Source: a virus. From it: DNA of 64,000 nt. Below the pieces are notes generated by a model. The model was not told the origin of the DNA. It did not search any database and worked only from the letters and a program-made list of their open reading frames with translations. Shown here in pieces: positions 60,430 to 64,000 of this stretch. The translations under genes and the position numbers were made by a program. The stretch spans positions 32,031 to 96,030 of IMG/VR virus record IMGVR_UViG_3300037119_005846. One strand, 5' to 3'. How positions within the stretch are numbered: the stretch's first letter is position 1; the number at the start of each line of letters is the position of its first letter.

Positions 60430-63400
60430 GTGATCACGGCAGACGATGACGTCCTCCTTGACATCGACGTCGTAGAGCTGTCACCAGCGGGCCTGCGTCA
60501 GCTTGAGGCAGCCCCCGTGAGCGTCCAGACTGCGTGGTACCAGAGGCGTCGTCGGGAGGCTCTAGCAGCCGCGGGGCTGGTCGGCGCATTCAATCCACTC
60601 CAGCCTCGAGGCAAGGATGGCAAGTGGATCGAGAAGTGGGGCTGGGTCCGCTGGCTGGAGAATGGCCAGTGGAAGCGCGGCCGTGTCACAGACATCGACA
60701 AGGACGGTAACTCAACAGTCACGGAGACGGCGACTAAGCAGCAGCGCAGCTTCGATCGGTTCGAGGCGCGCCGTCGCCTGTTCACGACGGCGAAGACGAA
60801 GGCGACGCTCGAGCTGCCGAGCCCCGGCGCGCACAAGGGCGCCGACGGCTTCACGCAGATCGGCGGGCAGGGCGGCTCCAACCCTGGCGCGCTGTACCAG
60901 GTGACCGACCAGGACGCGGTCAAGGGCAACCTCGCGCTGACGCCAAGCATGATGCGCGAGTCACTCAAGCTCAACAATGTCTCGCCGCACGACGTCAGCT
61001 TCAACGAGACGGACAGCGTCACAAGTGTTCAGTCGAAGATCGGTCAGCCGTCGATCTTCATTGACAAGTCGAACAACAAGGCGTATCTGAATCTCTCGGG
61101 CGGCGTCTTGTGGGATCTCGACACCGGCGACATAGCCGAGGTCGAGGAAGTGTTCGGACTGCCCGACACGCCGCGTCGCCACGACGTCCTCGGTCAGCTC
61201 GAGGTCTACGACCCCGGCGACGTCACCACGCAGACGAAGATCCTTCAGACGGCGCGGTCACTTGGCGTCGGCAGGCCGACAGTCGACACGAAGTTCTACG
61301 TCAAGACGTCGAAGTCGCCGGAGCACGCCCGCAACGAGGCGCTGGCCAACGACCTGTACGAGCTCGCCGGTGTCTCTGTCCCGAACGTCGCCGTCGGCAA
61401 GGACGGGAACACGATCTCGAGCGAGATCGTCACGGGCGACAGCGTCCAGCCGCTCTCGAACGTTCTCAGCGACCCTGACATCATGAAGCGAGTCCGCGAG
61501 GACTTCGTCATCGATGCGTGGCTCGCTAACTGGGACGTCGCCGGCCTCGGCCTCGACAACATGGTGATCGTCGACGGCCAGCCGTATCGGATCGACGCCG
61601 GCGGTGCGCTTCTGTATCGCGCTCAGGGCAACCCGAAGGGTAACAAGTTCGGGAATGAAGTCACCGAGCTCGACTCGCTGACGAATCCGAGCGTCAACCC
61701 GCAGGCGGCGAAAGTGTTCGGCAAGGTCACACCTGGTGAGATGGCCGATGGCGCTCAGCGCCTCGCGGCGATCAGCCCGCAGCAGATCATCAACGCGGTC
61801 GAGGCTCAGAACCTCGACAAGAGCCTCGCTGACAAGCTGATCGCGCGGCGCAAGTACATCCTCGACAAGACCGGCATCATCGAGCCCAAGGTCGACGACA
61901 TCCTTGAAGAGTTGCTCGACGAGGAGCCGCCGTCGACGCCGGTATTGCCGATTACGCCCGGTAACACTCTTGACGTCGGCACCGGCACTACGGTCTACGA
62001 CCCCAAGACGAAGTCACTCGTTCCTGGTACGGCACTGTCAGTCAGCGCGCAGAATGATCATGACGCCTTCATCACGAGTCACGTCGGGCCGCTCAAGGGA
62101 GATGGCATCGTCGGCGGCTACATAAACGGCGACAAGCTCGTTGTCTCGACTGACGGCAGCCTCTGGGAGGTCACGGGAGTAGAGCCAACATCGGGTACCG
62201 GCGGCTCGTACAATCTTAACATTCGTCACCTCGGCACGGGCGAGGTAAGCACGATGAACGTTTACGACGACACGACGTACTACGCGACGACTGATACGGA
62301 TGGCTCACTCGCAGCTGACTACGCTCCGGTCTATGATGACTTCCAGACGTATGCCGTGAACTCGTACACGAGCGTCAGCGACATGCTCAATGACGGATGG
62401 CGTCCTGAGCTGAAGACCGCGCCGACTCACAGTGGCGTGACGCTCAAGCCGGGTGACTGGATCATTCGCGGTTCAATCGCGTCTACCAAGCCGGGGGCGT
62501 ACAGGGTCGACAGTGTCGCGGACAACGGCTATGTGTACGCGACGAGCATGAGTGGTGAGAAGCTCGCGACCAAGCCCGGCTTCGACTGGCGTCAGGCCGG
62601 TCCCGGAACGATGGTGAATCAGACGCTGGACGCAATCAAGGCTCGCAACGACGCGGCGGCGCACGCTGACATTCTAGCTGGATATAGCGATGGAATAAAG
62701 ACCGCGTACACGCCGAGCGACCAGACGCTAGCGAAACTGAACGCGTCGACGCCCACGCCGCCGAATCCTGCCGTGACGCCGGTAGTCGTAGACCCGGACA
62801 CGCTCGAGACTCACTTCGACCCGGAGACCGGGATCAACGAGAGCCTGAAGGTGCTCGGCGATCCCGTCCCTGTAACTGAACTCAAGAACCAGAACCCGGA
62901 CGACTGGGTCGGCAAGTGGGTCTACGTCCGCAAGTCGATCGAGCCAAAAGCCGACTGGAAGGGCTACAAGGCGTCGGGCGATCAGGGGATGTTCAAGATC
63001 GCGGGTGACGACTGGTCCGGCGGTTACGGTGTCTGGGCTTACGACTCGACTGGACTGAAGCAGAAGATCGACCCGTATGGCAACGAGGTCATGTTGATTG
63101 ACGGTGAGATTCCGCCGGTCGTCAACCTCCAGTTCAAGAAGGATCACACGATCGCGGTCAACGGTCATCGCGTTGGCTCGTGGAGCGGCAGCGGTGATCA
63201 CTGGTATCACGACTACAAGGTTCAGCTCGATCCTGACTACACGGTCAGTGGCCAGGTGTTCCGCGCGAAGGTCGGCCAGAAGGCGGCGATGCGCACGATC
63301 ATCGTGCCAATGCTCATGCCGCACAGCGTCGGCGGCAGCAAGGACAAGTCGACCGCCTCGATCGAGCTCGAGCACGCGGTCCGCGCCGACGTCGAGTTCG

Positions 63401-64000
63401 GCGCTGGCAGTGCCGAGGTCACCGAAACGGGCACGGCCGACACATTGCTCGACGGCTCCAAGGCTACGCTCGGCATGTGGGTCATCTCCAAGACCGACGG
63501 CAAGGTCGGCAAGATCTCGACGATCGAGAAGGGGACCGGCTACGTCAAGGTGACGATGGACGACGGCACGATCAAGGGTCGTGCCGCGTCGACTCTCAGT
63601 GCAGCAGCCGATCCGTCGTCTGGCGCGATCCCGCCCTACTCGCCGCTGTACAAGGACGTCAAGCTCGCCGACGGCAGTGGCGCGTTCCCGTCTCAGGGCG
63701 TGCTCGTCGGCGACAGCAGCGCGACGATCGTGATGATCAAGCCGGATGGCAACGTCCGCATCGTTGACTCGTCGGGCAAGTTCACCTGGACGAAGGCGAC
63801 GAAGCTGTCGCCGGCCAAGACGTTCTCGGTGAAGACTCAGGCGGACGTCCATAACAGTCCGGCTGTCGGCATCGCGCTGAGCACTGACGCATGGAAGACA
63901 GTCGGCAAGCCGGGCAAGGTCCAGTACGCCGCGCCCGGCGACGTCACTATCCCGCAGACGTCCAATGCGGTCGAGATCTATCGCGAGTTCGCGCACACTC
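60430..64000 (+). CDS. Very large HPR-tag protein with a HipA/PI3K-like kinase domain (3'-truncated by the window)
   Basis: Translated by hand: LVGAFNPLQPRGKDGKWIE, GGQGGSNPG, FYVK, NE.LA..LY, DAWLANWD..G...DN, RIDAGG. I saw no stop before the window end, and the ORF is absent from the track. Confidence 0.85.
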   Translation, partial: MITADDDVLLDIDVVELSPAGLRQLEAAPVSVQTAWYQRRRREALAAAGLVGAFNPLQPRGKDGKWIEKWGWVRWLENGQWKRGRVTDIDKDGNSTVTETATKQQRSFDRFEARRRLFTTAKTKATLELPSPGAHKGADGFTQIGGQGGSNPGALYQVTDQDAVKGNLALTPSMMRESLKLNNVSPHDVSFNETDSVTSVQSKIGQPSIFIDKSNNKAYLNLSGGVLWDLDTGDIAEVEEVFGLPDTPRRHDVLGQLEVYDPGDVTTQTKILQTARSLGVGRPTVDTKFYVKTSKSPEHARNEALANDLYELAGVSVPNVAVGKDGNTISSEIVTGDSVQPLSNVLSDPDIMKRVREDFVIDAWLANWDVAGLGLDNMVIVDGQPYRIDAGGALLYRAQGNPKGNKFGNEVTELDSLTNPSVNPQAAKVFGKVTPGEMADGAQRLAAISPQQIINAVEAQNLDKSLADKLIARRKYILDKTGIIEPKVDDILEELLDEEPPSTPVLPITPGNTLDVGTGTTVYDPKTKSLVPGTALSVSAQNDHDAFITSHVGPLKGDGIVGGYINGDKLVVSTDGSLWEVTGVEPTSGTGGSYNLNIRHLGTGEVSTMNVYDDTTYYATTDTDGSLAADYAPVYDDFQTYAVNSYTSVSDMLNDGWRPELKTAPTHSGVTLKPGDWIIRGSIASTKPGAYRVDSVADNGYVYATSMSGEKLATKPGFDWRQAGPGTMVNQTLDAIKARNDAAAHADILAGYSDGIKTAYTPSDQTLAKLNASTPTPPNPAVTPVVVDPDTLETHFDPETGINESLKVLGDPVPVTELKNQNPDDWVGKWVYVRKSIEPKADWKGYKASGDQGMFKIAGDDWSGGYGVWAYDSTGLKQKIDPYGNEVMLIDGEIPPVVNLQFKKDHTIAVNGHRVGSWSGSGDHWYHDYKVQLDPDYTVSGQVFRAKVGQKAAMRTIIVPMLMPHSVGGSKDKSTASIELEHAVRADVEFGAGSAEVTETGTADTLLDGSKATLGMWVISKTDGKVGKISTIEKGTGYVKVTMDDGTIKGRAASTLSAAADPSSGAIPPYSPLYKDVKLADGSGAFPSQGVLVGDSSATIVMIKPDGNVRIVDSSGKFTWTKATKLSPAKTFSVKTQADVHNSPAVGIALSTDAWKTVGKPGKVQYAAPGDVTIPQTSNAVEIYREFAHT

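Noticed and set aside
60901-61290. Intein in the kinase domain
   Set aside because: No N-terminal Cys/Ser block, no His-Asn end, and no endonuclease motifs.
1-64000. Prophage with host flanks, integrase, tRNAs, IS elements, reverse transcriptase/DGR
   Set aside because: None was recognised. All genes are phage-like and co-oriented. Lifestyle cannot be decided from this window.

Overview
The whole window is high-GC, actinobacteriophage-like dsDNA from a siphovirus (1748-aa tape measure protein), and every credible gene is on the + strand. In order: the C-terminal part of a RecA-fold helicase; a ~1.1 kb non-coding, repeat-rich interval (candidate origin or genome end); about 30 small early-type genes; a tail fibre and a holin plus two-lysin cassette; a MuF fusion protein, a probable small terminase and the portal; Ku; a Thr-rich secreted protein; recombination genes; a MoxR/vWA pair; a glycosyltransferase-HNH-C5-methyltransferase-like block; the tail module; nucleotide enzymes, PolA, RuvC and SNF2; and three large proteins, the last running off the window and missing from the ORF track. 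I did not recognise a large terminase, major capsid hexamer, major tail protein, integrase, tRNA or CRISPR array. Four signals stand out. (1) A shared N-terminal tag, L[TV]xA-F[DN]PxxHPRGxDGK[FW], is fused to different payloads (HipA/PI3K-like kinase, HDxxGH metallo-domain, 2H phosphoesterase on MuF), suggesting head-packaged, co-injected effectors. (2) The 9-mer GACACAGAC occurs at at least 14 gene starts, in the 5' UTR or written into the first codons of leaderless genes. (3) There is a probable cytosine-hypermodification pathway: an Asp-type thymidylate synthase homologue, a kinase, a dCTP/dUTPase, a glycosyltransferase and a C5-MTase-like enzyme with degenerate motif I. (4) A five-copy spaced hairpin array lies at 1736-2135. 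All product calls come from motif recognition by eye; no database search was run.
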